A DNA stretch of 64,000 bases from Candidatus Eiseniibacteriota bacterium (GTDB lineage: Bacteria > Eisenbacteria > RBG-16-71-46 > CAZAMP01), in the NCBI GenBank assembly GCA_965224245.1, contig OZ245046.1, forward strand, positions 4,736,001 through 4,800,000. The letters run 5' to 3'. Both the position numbers and the translations under genes were made by a program. The notes beneath the pieces were generated by a model. The model did no database searches and was not told the DNA's origin. It saw only the letters and a program-made list of their open reading frames with translations. Of the stretch, positions 55,181 through 64,000 are shown piece by piece; positions within the stretch are counted from its first letter, which is position 1; each line of letters begins with the position of its first letter.

Positions 55181-56829
55181 GATCGAGACCCTGCCCGACC
55201 CTGAACGCGGGCGGTGCTCGACCGACGCGCGAAGGTGAGGACGCCACCGACGGCCACGGCCATGCCCCAGAACACGACGGCGGTCGCCCCCGCGGCGAGA
55301 GCCAGGTCGCCCCAGTGCCCGATGGCGCTGGACGGGACGACGTGTGCGAGAAGCACCCAGGCCACGACCCCGCACACCCCCGGCAACATCCAGATGCTTC
55401 GCAGGAGTCGCCACAGCGACACGCCGTACTGGCGGCCGAACCACCAGGGCACCACGAGCACCCTGATGATCACCGCTGGGATCGCGGTGCCGAGCGCCAC
55501 CCCGGAGATCCCGAGCCGGTGAACGAGCAGAAGGCTCAGACCGAGGTTCGCGATCCCCTCGATGAGGGAGCACACCGCGAGGCTACCCATGCGATTGGTC
55601 CCCCGGTGCATGGCGACGAACGGATAGGCCGCGATGTGAGCGGCCGCGGCCACGGTGACGATGGTGAGCACCGGGGCCGAGTCCCGTGCGTACGCCTCCC
55701 CCATCCAGATTCGGAGAAACGGTGCGCCGAAGATCGTGGCGAACACCAGCACCGGCCCGGTGGCGAGCACCAGCGTTCGCGCCGAGTCCGCGATCAGTCG
55801 CGAGACCGCGTTACTCTCGCCGCGCGCATCCATCTCCCCCACGGCGGGTGTGAGAACGCTCGCGATCGTGTCCACCATCACCCGGAGCTGCTCGGGAAGA
55901 CGCGACCCGATCGAGAAGAACCCGACTGCCGTCACGCCGAGCGCCCCCCCGATGACGAAGGCATCCATCCCGAACATGAGTCGATTGGCCCAGACCACCA
56001 GCACGTTGAGACCACCGTACCGGAGGAGTCCACGGACTTCGAGCCACCGACCGGAACGAGGCGAGAAACGGAGCCACGGAAACAGGCGGAATGCGAACAG
56101 CGCCTTCAGGGAGATGTCGGCGAGCGCCATCGCGAGATGCACCCACGCCATTCCGACGATTCCGTAGCCGGCCTTCAAGACGGCCACGATCGCGGCCGCC
56201 CGCACCGCCGTGGAGACGAGCTCGATCTTCGAGAGGATGCCGAACTTCTGGCACGCCACGAGCGCGGCCGAGAACGCATGCAGGGGGAGAGTGGCCGCGA
56301 TCGAAAGGACCACCAGAACCAGCGCGACCTGTGCCGAGGTTCCGAACTCGGCCGGGATCGAGAACCAATCGCCGATGAACGGGAGCAGGAGCGCTCCCAG
56401 AAGAATGGTGAGCGTGGCTCCGGTGGCGAACGTCAGGAGTGCCGAGTTGACGTAGCGGTTGACGGCCTCGTGATCGTCCAGCGCGTGGAGCCGAGCAATG
56501 TAGTACACGATGGCCGGCCGCGCCCCGAGATCGGCCGATCCCAGGTGCCCGCCGATCGACATGAGGACGATCCAGACCCCGTATGCTCCGACCCCGAGCG
56601 TGTGTACGATGAACGGAGACAGGAAGAAGAGAATGGCGACGTTGATGGCGTACGTGGTGCCCTTCCAGGTCGCGTTCTTCGCCAGCACGCGACGCTCACG
56701 GCCGGCCGCCCGGACCCGCGCTTGCGCCCGTCGGAACAGGCGCCGGACGACCGACGCGCCGCGCGACGCCGGCTTCTCGGGGTCCGGGGATGACAGCGGC
56801 GCGGATGATCTTCGTCGTTGCACACTCAC
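55177..56829 (-). CDS. wzx: Oligosaccharide flippase (Wzx/MOP)
   Basis: Multi-TM; LGVGAYGVW...DLG, GISGVALGT; polysaccharide-locus context. Confidence 0.82.
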   Translation of the reverse strand: MSVQRRRSSAPLSSPDPEKPASRGASVVRRLFRRAQARVRAAGRERRVLAKNATWKGTTYAINVAILFFLSPFIVHTLGVGAYGVWIVLMSIGGHLGSADLGARPAIVYYIARLHALDDHEAVNRYVNSALLTFATGATLTILLGALLLPFIGDWFSIPAEFGTSAQVALVLVVLSIAATLPLHAFSAALVACQKFGILSKIELVSTAVRAAAIVAVLKAGYGIVGMAWVHLAMALADISLKALFAFRLFPWLRFSPRSGRWLEVRGLLRYGGLNVLVVWANRLMFGMDAFVIGGALGVTAVGFFSIGSRLPEQLRVMVDTIASVLTPAVGEMDARGESNAVSRLIADSARTLVLATGPVLVFATIFGAPFLRIWMGEAYARDSAPVLTIVTVAAAAHIAAYPFVAMHRGTNRMGSLAVCSLIEGIANLGLSLLLVHRLGISGVALGTAIPAVIIRVLVVPWWFGRQYGVSLWRLLRSIWMLPGVCGVVAWVLLAHVVPSSAIGHWGDLALAAGATAVVFWGMAVAVGGVLTFARRSSTARVQGRAGSRS

Positions 56830-56939
56830 GTCGTCCGCACCTGCCTGTCACCACCCGTGTGGGACGCCTCGCCTCCCGGCATTGCCCTGGCAGCCCGTGG
56901 ACACGAGCGCGAAGAGTCCACGTGCGCAAGACGGGGCCC

Positions 56940-58025
56940 TTAGCGGGCCAGGTCCGCTTGCTCGAGCTGGGGCGCCATCGTGGCACCTCTGAATCTCCTG
57001 AACTCCAACAGACCCCGACAGAAGCCGAGGGTCATTCCGATCTGGATCGCCGCGAAGGACAGGAGCACGCGGACGGCCTGCGTCCCCGGACTTGCAACGC
57101 GCACGCTCTCCGTGGTGGCCACGATCAGCCAGGACAGCAGGGCGCCGGCGATCCACGGCAGAGCGCGCGTGCCGCTGATGGCCAGAAGGACCGGCGGACC
57201 GAGCACGGCGCCGACCGACGCGATCACGAGAGGCCAGGGCACGACCCCCGGGTGACGTGTCATGAGGCGCGCACGTCCGCGCCCGTACCGAAACACCTGA
57301 CGGATCAATCCGTGGAGGTTGGATCTCGGGCGGTAGTTCAGCGTCAGGTCCGGATGGCGATAGGCACGCAGTCCCGACGCAGCCACCCGGTGATTGAACT
57401 CCACGTCCTCGCAGGCGTCGAACCGCTCGTCGTACCCGCCGAGCTCGACCAGACACGCCCGCGTGTAGGCCGCACCCGCGTGGCGGGCATCGGTCACACC
57501 CGGCTCCCCCCCGTAGATGTCGGAGCCCGGGTTGTGTCCGAACCAGGAGTGTCGGGCCTTTGCGATGGCGTCCCCCCAGGTCCCGTCCGCCAGCGCGAGC
57601 ATCGGCTGGGGACGGGACAGGCAGTCTGCGCCGGTGGAGGAGAAGATCTCCGCCATCCGGACGAGATAGTCGTCCCTCGGCAGCTCGCAGTGGCCATCGA
57701 TGAAGACGACGTACGTCCCACGAGCGTGCTTGACGCCGACGTTCCGTCCCGCGCTGCTCAGTCGATTCGGATTGTGAAGGAGGCGCAACCGGGCATCCGC
57801 CGCGGCCATCTCCGCCACGATCGATCGCGTGCCGTCGGTGGAGCCGCCGTCCGCGACGAGGACCTCGAAGCCTCCGTCGGGCGGGATCTGACGGAGGATC
57901 TCGCCGAGGAGCCGGGCGATGTCGCGAGCCTCGTTCAGAACCGGTACCACCACGGAGATGGCGGGGACGTCATCGTCTGGGTGCGATGAGCCCGTGTGAT
58001 CGTCTGGACGCCCGGTGCCCGTCAT
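56940..58025 (-). CDS. GT2 glycosyltransferase (ExoA-like)
   Basis: VVVPVLNE, DGGSTDGT, FIDGH, GGYDE, EDVEFNHR; C-terminal TMs. Confidence 0.88.
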   Translation of the reverse strand: MTGTGRPDDHTGSSHPDDDVPAISVVVPVLNEARDIARLLGEILRQIPPDGGFEVLVADGGSTDGTRSIVAEMAAADARLRLLHNPNRLSSAGRNVGVKHARGTYVVFIDGHCELPRDDYLVRMAEIFSSTGADCLSRPQPMLALADGTWGDAIAKARHSWFGHNPGSDIYGGEPGVTDARHAGAAYTRACLVELGGYDERFDACEDVEFNHRVAASGLRAYRHPDLTLNYRPRSNLHGLIRQVFRYGRGRARLMTRHPGVVPWPLVIASVGAVLGPPVLLAISGTRALPWIAGALLSWLIVATTESVRVASPGTQAVRVLLSFAAIQIGMTLGFCRGLLEFRRFRGATMAPQLEQADLAR

Positions 58026-59266
58026 CTCGAGGGTCTCCGATACCCGTCGCCCGGTTCGGGGACCACCACGCGGGGGGTCCGCTGCCACCCGACGCCGTGC
58101 CGTCCCGCCACGCCCTCGAGGGTCGCCACCGCCATCCATACAGCCAGGAACGGCAGACGCACCAGCATCTGCAGGCGTCGAGTCGTCACGCCGGCCATCC
58201 CGATGCCCACGGCGAGGTAGGCTCCGAACGACGCGGCGATCCACGCGCTCCAGTACAGTGGCGATCGTCCTCCCCCGAGCCACACCAGCAGGGTGGCCAG
58301 CACCAGCGCCACCGCCCACACCGAGAGAAGAAGCGGCTTCCGGTAGACGAGCAGGCTCCACGCCGCATCCAGGTGCCGAAGCGATCGCCGCGCCAGACCC
58401 TCGCGGATGAGCTCGGGTACCCAGGCCCTGGCGATCTCCTGGGCTCCGGTGGCCCACCGCGACCTTTGAATCCGCGCCTGCTCGAGGGATTCCGGATACG
58501 CGGACCTCACGGCGATCTCCGGTGCGAAGTGGATCGGAACTCCCTGCCGAAAGAGCTCCATGCCGTACTGCACGTCCTCGACGAGTCCGAACGCATCCCA
58601 TGGTATGCGGCGCAGGAGATCCGCGCGGAAGCACATCCCATTGCCGCGGAGAACGGTCGACACGCCACAGGCCGCTCGGGGCTCGTGAAAGAGATCCTCC
58701 TCCATGCAGTTGCCGACGTGGAGCAGATACGCCAGCGGGCTGGCGTCCGCGTTCCGGACTCGGTCGGCGGCCTGTATCGCGCTCTGCCCGGCATCGAGCC
58801 GTGCCGCGAAGCCGCGGAGCAGCTCGGGGTCGACCGCCGTGTCCGCGTCGATCACGACGATCGCGTCCTTCGGCTCCTCCAGGAGGACCGAGAAGGCATG
58901 GCTGAGCGCGTAGCCCTTTCCACGTCGGACGGGGTCGGTGCGCTCGAGGCACCGCACACCTCGGCGGCGCGCGACCTCGGCCGTCCCATCGGTGCAGTTG
59001 TCGGCGACGACGACCACGTCGACGAGACGCTCCGGATAGCGACAGGCGGCGACGGAGTCGAGCGTGGCCCCGAGACCTGCCTCCTCGTCGTGAGCGGGGA
59101 TGACGACCGCGATCCGCGGTAGATCGTCCGGCGGCGCGTGATCCGGGCGATGGCGCCCACGGAGACGCATCACCGCCCAGACCCACAGATAGGCGCTGGC
59201 CAGTGTCAGATACGCCAGACCCGCCGCCGCCGGTACCCAGACGAGCATGATGACGAGCTCCGTCAT
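58022..59266 (-). CDS. GT2 membrane glycosyltransferase
   Basis: IPAHDEE, ADNCTD, IDAD, VED, QRSRW. Confidence 0.88.
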   Translation of the reverse strand: MTELVIMLVWVPAAAGLAYLTLASAYLWVWAVMRLRGRHRPDHAPPDDLPRIAVVIPAHDEEAGLGATLDSVAACRYPERLVDVVVVADNCTDGTAEVARRRGVRCLERTDPVRRGKGYALSHAFSVLLEEPKDAIVVIDADTAVDPELLRGFAARLDAGQSAIQAADRVRNADASPLAYLLHVGNCMEEDLFHEPRAACGVSTVLRGNGMCFRADLLRRIPWDAFGLVEDVQYGMELFRQGVPIHFAPEIAVRSAYPESLEQARIQRSRWATGAQEIARAWVPELIREGLARRSLRHLDAAWSLLVYRKPLLLSVWAVALVLATLLVWLGGGRSPLYWSAWIAASFGAYLAVGIGMAGVTTRRLQMLVRLPFLAVWMAVATLEGVAGRHGVGWQRTPRVVVPEPGDGYRRPSR

Positions 59267-60045
59267 CGCGTGCCGCCCTCCGAGTCGGCACGTCCCGACC
59301 CGGCGCCCTCGCGTCCGGCGGGTCGTTCGGTGTCGGGGTATGAACGCGAGCCGTTGCGTCGTCCGGCACCGTTCTCCGAGAGATTGCCGTATGCCGAGTA
59401 GTAGTAGGAGTGATCCCTCATCTCGCGCATGTTGCCGACCATCAGCCCGAGAACTCGCGCGCCGAGCCCGAGGCACAGGTCACGGGCGTTCTCCAGCAGA
59501 GGCCGCGTCGTCTGTCCCGCCATCGCCACGAGGAGCACGCCATCGACGTGGGGAATGATGAGCGACGCGTCGGCGACCGGGACCAGCGCCGGCGCATCGA
59601 TCAGGACGAGGTCGAACGTGTCGCGAGATTCCGTGATCGTCCGGTACAGCTCCGGCGTGTTGAGGAGCAGCGACGCATCCTCGCCCTCCGGCGACGGCAG
59701 CAAGGTCGAGAGATTCTGCAGCGTGGTGGGCGTGACGGCTTTCTTCCAGTCGGAGCCACCCTCCAGCACGTCACCCAGGCCCTGTCGGGGCGTGATCCCG
59801 AGGTACTCCCCGAGCCTCGGCGAGCGAAGATCCAGGTCCATCGCCAGCACACGCCGATCGGTGTACTGGCCGAACGCCGTGGCCAGGTACGCGGCGGTCG
59901 TGCTCTTGCCCTCGCCTCGGGTCGCGCTCGTGATCAGGATCACCCGGACGTCGTCCTTCACGACGTGACGCCAGAGTCGTGCCTCCAGCTTGTGGATCTC
60001 GGTGGCGAGGGCCCAGTCGTTCTTCAGTGCTTCGAGTGTCTTCAT
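59263..60045 (-). CDS. CpsD/CapB-family tyrosine kinase
   Basis: TSATRGEGKST Walker A, DLDLRSP, LIDAP; C-terminal YYYSAY cluster. Confidence 0.9.
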   Translation of the reverse strand: MKTLEALKNDWALATEIHKLEARLWRHVVKDDVRVILITSATRGEGKSTTAAYLATAFGQYTDRRVLAMDLDLRSPRLGEYLGITPRQGLGDVLEGGSDWKKAVTPTTLQNLSTLLPSPEGEDASLLLNTPELYRTITESRDTFDLVLIDAPALVPVADASLIIPHVDGVLLVAMAGQTTRPLLENARDLCLGLGARVLGLMVGNMREMRDHSYYYSAYGNLSENGAGRRNGSRSYPDTERPAGREGAGSGRADSEGGTR

Positions 60046-61703
60046 CCGGCAACTCGCGTTTCGGGCTTGACCAGCTGGAAGAGGCGGCCGGTCGACAGAT
60101 GTTCGGCCAGCGCGGATCGGTTGACGTAAATCGTCCCGCTGACGATCAGCACGATCGCGATCGACGCCGACACCCAGTGCCGGCGCCACCAGCTGTGCCG
60201 GACCTGCAACCTCGTCAGCAGCGGTGCGGTGCCCAGGATGGGCTCGGGTACGACGCGCCGGAAGTCCTCCAGCGTGCGCAAGGTGGGGTCCATCGTCTCG
60301 GAGAGGAAGGCGACGCCGACTCCCACCAGCGGCCCCAGTACGAGTGCGGCGAGGAGGATCTTGGCCCGGTCGGGCCGCACGGGCTCCAGGGGCAGCTGCG
60401 CGGGATCCAGGATCTCCATCTTGACGCCGAGGTCCGTGGTCTCCATCGCCTGGTTCACGTCGCTCGCGACGAGCTGAGCCTGGAACGTCTGGAGGAGGGT
60501 TCGGTTTCTCTGCACCTCCGCCTCCAGCCTCTCCAGCTCGACCACTCGCGAGGGACCCCCCTGCGCCTGTCGCTTGAACGCCGAGACCGCGTTGGCCAGG
60601 AACGACGCGGCATCGGCGTGGCCCTCGCTATCGATCTCGGCGAAGAGGAGATGCACGAGCGCCTCTCGAAGCTCGTGCGCGGCGTCGGGGTAGGCCTCCG
60701 CGATCAGCTGCTGCGCGGACTTGAGCACCTCGCGGCGCACGACGCTGTAGGTCTCCTGAGGGGGCCAGGACCGGACCTCGCCACCACCGGCGGTCAGTCG
60801 GCGGATGAGCTCGTCCTCGAGGACGGTGGATAGCTGCTCCCTCAGCCGGGTCTTCTCCGCATCGTCGATCGCCAGGGGTACCTCGTCGGCGTGTCCCAGC
60901 GAGAACAGCTCCTGGTGGGCCGGATTCACCCGGACCCGCGCCGCCGCCGCCTCGTCCTGCACGCGTTCCAGCAGAGCCTCGGCCAGAACCGCGTTGTCAC
61001 TGCGTACGACGCCGAGCGACAGGTCGCGATTGATGGTGGCCTCGCGGTGTGCCTGCAGCGCGGCCTCGGATCGGCTCAGCTGATCCTGGTACTTCCGAAG
61101 CTGCTCGGCCCCGAACTCGCGGGTCGTTCTCAGGTGGTTGAGCGAGTTCTGCGTGGACACGTCGAGGTACAGCTCGCTGATCCACTGCGCGAGCGTCTGG
61201 GCGTTTTCCGGCGTGTAGTCCGCCACAATCACGCGGTAGAGACCCTTCCCGGACGACTCGAAGCGCAGGCGGTTCTGGAGGTTCTTGACCAAAATGCGCG
61301 TCGCGAGATCGTCGACGCTCATCGACGGCGTCCGGGCCTGCTGATCCCGGGCCCTGGCCCGGATGACGGGATCCTGATCCATGCTCAGGATCCGCACCAC
61401 GCGTTCGAGGAAAGGCTGGCTTCGGACCCGTCCGGCGAACTGCGCCATCCGCTCTTCCTCGACGCCCCGCGGGTCTCCGGACGGTGTCATGCCGCCGACG
61501 ATGTTCTCCAGCTCGCGGGCCAGCGGCTGCCGGCCGAGGATCAGGAGCGTCGCGCCCGACTCGTACACCGGCGACGCGAATTGAAGGCCGACGACGGCGG
61601 CACACACCGCGGCGATCCCGCAGAGCGTGATCATCCCCCTGCGTCGCCAGAGGATCCAGAAGTAGCGCTTGAGATCGATCGTGTGGTCGAGTTCGTTTTT
61701 CAT
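60042..61703 (-). CDS. Polysaccharide co-polymerase (Wzz/GumC/Wzc N-terminal)
   Basis: IDLKRYFWILWRR, two TMs flanking a coiled coil, ILDPAQLPLEPVRP. Confidence 0.88.
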   Translation of the reverse strand: MKNELDHTIDLKRYFWILWRRRGMITLCGIAAVCAAVVGLQFASPVYESGATLLILGRQPLARELENIVGGMTPSGDPRGVEEERMAQFAGRVRSQPFLERVVRILSMDQDPVIRARARDQQARTPSMSVDDLATRILVKNLQNRLRFESSGKGLYRVIVADYTPENAQTLAQWISELYLDVSTQNSLNHLRTTREFGAEQLRKYQDQLSRSEAALQAHREATINRDLSLGVVRSDNAVLAEALLERVQDEAAAARVRVNPAHQELFSLGHADEVPLAIDDAEKTRLREQLSTVLEDELIRRLTAGGGEVRSWPPQETYSVVRREVLKSAQQLIAEAYPDAAHELREALVHLLFAEIDSEGHADAASFLANAVSAFKRQAQGGPSRVVELERLEAEVQRNRTLLQTFQAQLVASDVNQAMETTDLGVKMEILDPAQLPLEPVRPDRAKILLAALVLGPLVGVGVAFLSETMDPTLRTLEDFRRVVPEPILGTAPLLTRLQVRHSWWRRHWVSASIAIVLIVSGTIYVNRSALAEHLSTGRLFQLVKPETRVAG

Positions 61704-61735
61704 GGGCAATCGCTCGCCGGTAATCCCTCTGTTGA

Positions 61736-62689
61736 TCAATTGAATGCGATCACGAGCCCGGCGGCCGCCGAGAACAGCGAGACCATCGGGGCCACGTCGC
61801 GAATGAATCCAAAGAAACCTCGTCGTCTCGGAACCGTGATCACGTCGCCGGGCTGAAGCTCGATGTCCGTGTCGGGCCGCGCGTCTCGGAGATGTCCCGA
61901 CACGTCGAGCCGGTACGTGACCGTCTCCGGTCCCACCGACCGGGTGAGAACCACGTGTCCCAGATCGGCGTCCGGCAACGGCCCACCGGAGACCGAGAGC
62001 GCCTCGATGACGGTTCGCGCGCTGCCGGTTCGATGGACGCCCGGTACCGCCACCGCGCCGAAGACGTGGATGCGATCACCTCCCGCGGCCTGCTCCGCGA
62101 GCGATGGGACGACGATCGTGTCGCGCGGCCGGAGCGACGGCAGGCCCTCGGCGGGCGTGCTCTCGATTCCCTTCGAGAGATCGATGGTGAGCATCCTCGC
62201 GCTGCCGTCTTCCTGTTTGCGACGCACGACCTGCACGCGACTGAGGTCGGCGACCGGCGTCGCTCCTCCGGCTGTGAGCAGAACGGTCCAGATGTCTGGA
62301 ATGTCGCGAAATCCGATCGGACCCGGGGTCCTCACCTCACCGACCACGAAGATCCGCCGGCTGTTGTACTCGGCGACCGAGACCATTACGTCGGAGATCG
62401 ACGGGTCGAGCAGTCGGTACTCGCGGGTGAGCCGGAGCCCCAGCTCGGACGGTGTCGCCCCCTCCACATCCACCTCGCCGAGAAGCGGCATCTGGGCCCG
62501 CCCCGCGGGATCGACGAACACCGTGTTCGAGAGATCGGGGCGGCCCAGCACCTGGAGGTCCAGAACGTCCTCGCGGCCGATGGTGTAGTCGTCGGCCACG
62601 GTGGACCTCGGGTTGGCGGACTGGCCCGCGGAGGGCGGCGCCGCGAGGATCGATGCGATCAGGCACAGCAGGGAAACGTACCGCTTCAT
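61736..62689 (-). CDS. Polysaccharide export protein (Wza/SLBB)
   Basis: DYTIGREDVL, MPLLGEV, VVGEVRTPG, LQPGDVITVP. Confidence 0.88.
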   Translation of the reverse strand: MKRYVSLLCLIASILAAPPSAGQSANPRSTVADDYTIGREDVLDLQVLGRPDLSNTVFVDPAGRAQMPLLGEVDVEGATPSELGLRLTREYRLLDPSISDVMVSVAEYNSRRIFVVGEVRTPGPIGFRDIPDIWTVLLTAGGATPVADLSRVQVVRRKQEDGSARMLTIDLSKGIESTPAEGLPSLRPRDTIVVPSLAEQAAGGDRIHVFGAVAVPGVHRTGSARTVIEALSVSGGPLPDADLGHVVLTRSVGPETVTYRLDVSGHLRDARPDTDIELQPGDVITVPRRRGFFGFIRDVAPMVSLFSAAAGLVIAFN

Positions 62690-63867
62690 GACGCGCTCCC
62701 GAGCTGGAACAGGTCCGCGCACGCGGTCGCGAAGGTGTCGGCCTGTCCCGCTGGAGAAAACCGGGTGACCACGCGCGAGAACGCGGCGTCCGCCATCGAT
62801 CGCGCGCGCGACCCGTGGCCGAGCGCCTCGACCATGGCGCTCGCCAGGCTCTCCGGGCTGCCCGCCGGGGTCAGCCAGCCGGTCTCGCCGGAGACGATCA
62901 GCTCGCGAACTCCCCCCACGTCGGTCGCAACCACGGGCGTTCTCACCCTCATCGACTCCAGGACGACGTTCGGCAATCCCTCCATCCGGGACGGGTTCAC
63001 CACCAGGTCCGCACCGGCGAGCATCGGCAGAATGGGACGCCGGAACCCGCCCAGGACGACTCGCCCGCCGAGGTCGGACCGCGCGATCTGATCCTCCAGC
63101 GCACTCCGCCGGGGTCCGTCCCCCAGGATGACGAGCCGTGCCCGCGGCTCTCGCCGGACGACGTGACCCATCGCGTCCACGAGGTCGGCGTGTCCCTTCT
63201 CCGGACTCAGCCGTCCCGCGGCCACGATCACGCGCGCGTCAGCGTCGAACCCGAACTCGCGGCGCAGATCGAGGGGCCGGATCTCGCCGTCGCAGTCGAT
63301 CGCGTTGTGGATCACCGTCACCCGTTCACGAGTAACGCCCATCCGATGGATGTCCTCGCGCATGGCCTCCGAGACACAGAATACCCTCGTGCTCCGGCGC
63401 AGAACCGCGCGGTCGAGGGTCTCGTATAGCCGCACCTTCCGGTCCTCGCGCGTGTAGCCCCGGGCCATGGGCACGTGTCGGACGTCCATCCGCCTCGCGG
63501 CCAGATGGCCCACCGCGGTGGCCTTGTAGCCGTGTGTGACGAGGATCTCCACCCGGTGCTTCCGCAGCCACGCGATCAGCTGGCGCACCGCGAGCGGACT
63601 GAACCTCGAGCGGGTGTCGATCAGGAACGTCTCGAGTCCCCGCCCGGCGGCCGTCTCCGTGAGCTCCACCGACTGGCGGCCCTCCCGAAACGACCCGATC
63701 ACGACCTTCCAGCCTCGATGCACGAGCTCGGTGGAGAGCTCGACGATCTGCTTCTCCGGCCCCCCGAAGAAGTTCGTCGCCGCCAGATGGCACACGGTGA
63801 AGGGGCGGCTGTGGGCGTCGCGGCCGGGCACGGTCGCGGTCGCGGTCGACGGGGAGACGACGTTCAT
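62686..63867 (-). CDS. GT4 glycosyltransferase
   Basis: GGPEKQI, GRLSPEKG, EGLPNVVLESM. Confidence 0.9.
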   Translation of the reverse strand: MNVVSPSTATATVPGRDAHSRPFTVCHLAATNFFGGPEKQIVELSTELVHRGWKVVIGSFREGRQSVELTETAAGRGLETFLIDTRSRFSPLAVRQLIAWLRKHRVEILVTHGYKATAVGHLAARRMDVRHVPMARGYTREDRKVRLYETLDRAVLRRSTRVFCVSEAMREDIHRMGVTRERVTVIHNAIDCDGEIRPLDLRREFGFDADARVIVAAGRLSPEKGHADLVDAMGHVVRREPRARLVILGDGPRRSALEDQIARSDLGGRVVLGGFRRPILPMLAGADLVVNPSRMEGLPNVVLESMRVRTPVVATDVGGVRELIVSGETGWLTPAGSPESLASAMVEALGHGSRARSMADAAFSRVVTRFSPAGQADTFATACADLFQLGSAS

Positions 63868-64000
63868 CACCGCGCTCCGCGTCCCCGAAGGACGACGTCG
63901 ATCGTCTTCAGCAGGATCTTGAGGTCCATGATCCACGTCCGCTTGTCGACGTAGTAGTTGTCGTACTTCACCTTCGTTCGCACGTCGTCCAGCGACGCGT
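63867..64000 (-). CDS. Priming sugar (phosphoglycosyl) transferase, C-terminal fragment
   Basis: Manual translation ..SLDDVRTKVKYDNYYVDKRTWIMDLKILLKTIDVVLRGRGAR*, the typical bacterial sugar transferase ending; TGATG overlap with the next gene. Confidence 0.8.
   Translation of the reverse strand, partial: ASLDDVRTKVKYDNYYVDKRTWIMDLKILLKTIDVVLRGRGAR

Noticed and set aside
40729-64000. PEP-CTERM/exosortase system
   Set aside because: The gene content resembles such loci, but no exosortase or PEP-CTERM tail is visible in the window.

Overview
Very GC-rich bacterial chromosomal window, apparently from a diderm organism. PorV-like and FlgD-Ig/T9SS-type C-terminal domains suggest an FCB-related lineage; this is inference only. 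In order: the end of an arg operon (argC, truncated argB); a sigma54-driven operon of ATP-grasp ligase, 656-aa protein with a papain/calpain-like Q-C-H-N motif set, and alanine racemase, divergent from a sigma54 activator with a degenerate receiver, a second PLP racemase and a Na+/solute symporter; small genes; a translationally coupled gabT, nitrilase, Orn/Lys/Arg decarboxylase, ATP-grasp, C45 Ntn-hydrolase operon; a NYN, GIY-YIG, PD-(D/E)xK-like, zinc-less Fpg cluster; an unannotated 38-aa Lys-rich ORF; secreted proteins; a sigma54-type operon encoding a repeat-rich Ig-like protein, PorV-like barrel, large TPR protein, ExbB, two ExbD (one lacking the conserved TM Asp), TonB and a FlgD-like protein; an XRE-regulated hydrolase unit; and a >22 kb Wzx/Wzy-type polysaccharide locus with many tailoring enzymes, truncated at the right edge. 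I saw no rRNA, tRNA, CRISPR array, integrase or transposase. All calls come from reading motifs by eye, with no database searches; start codons are best estimates.
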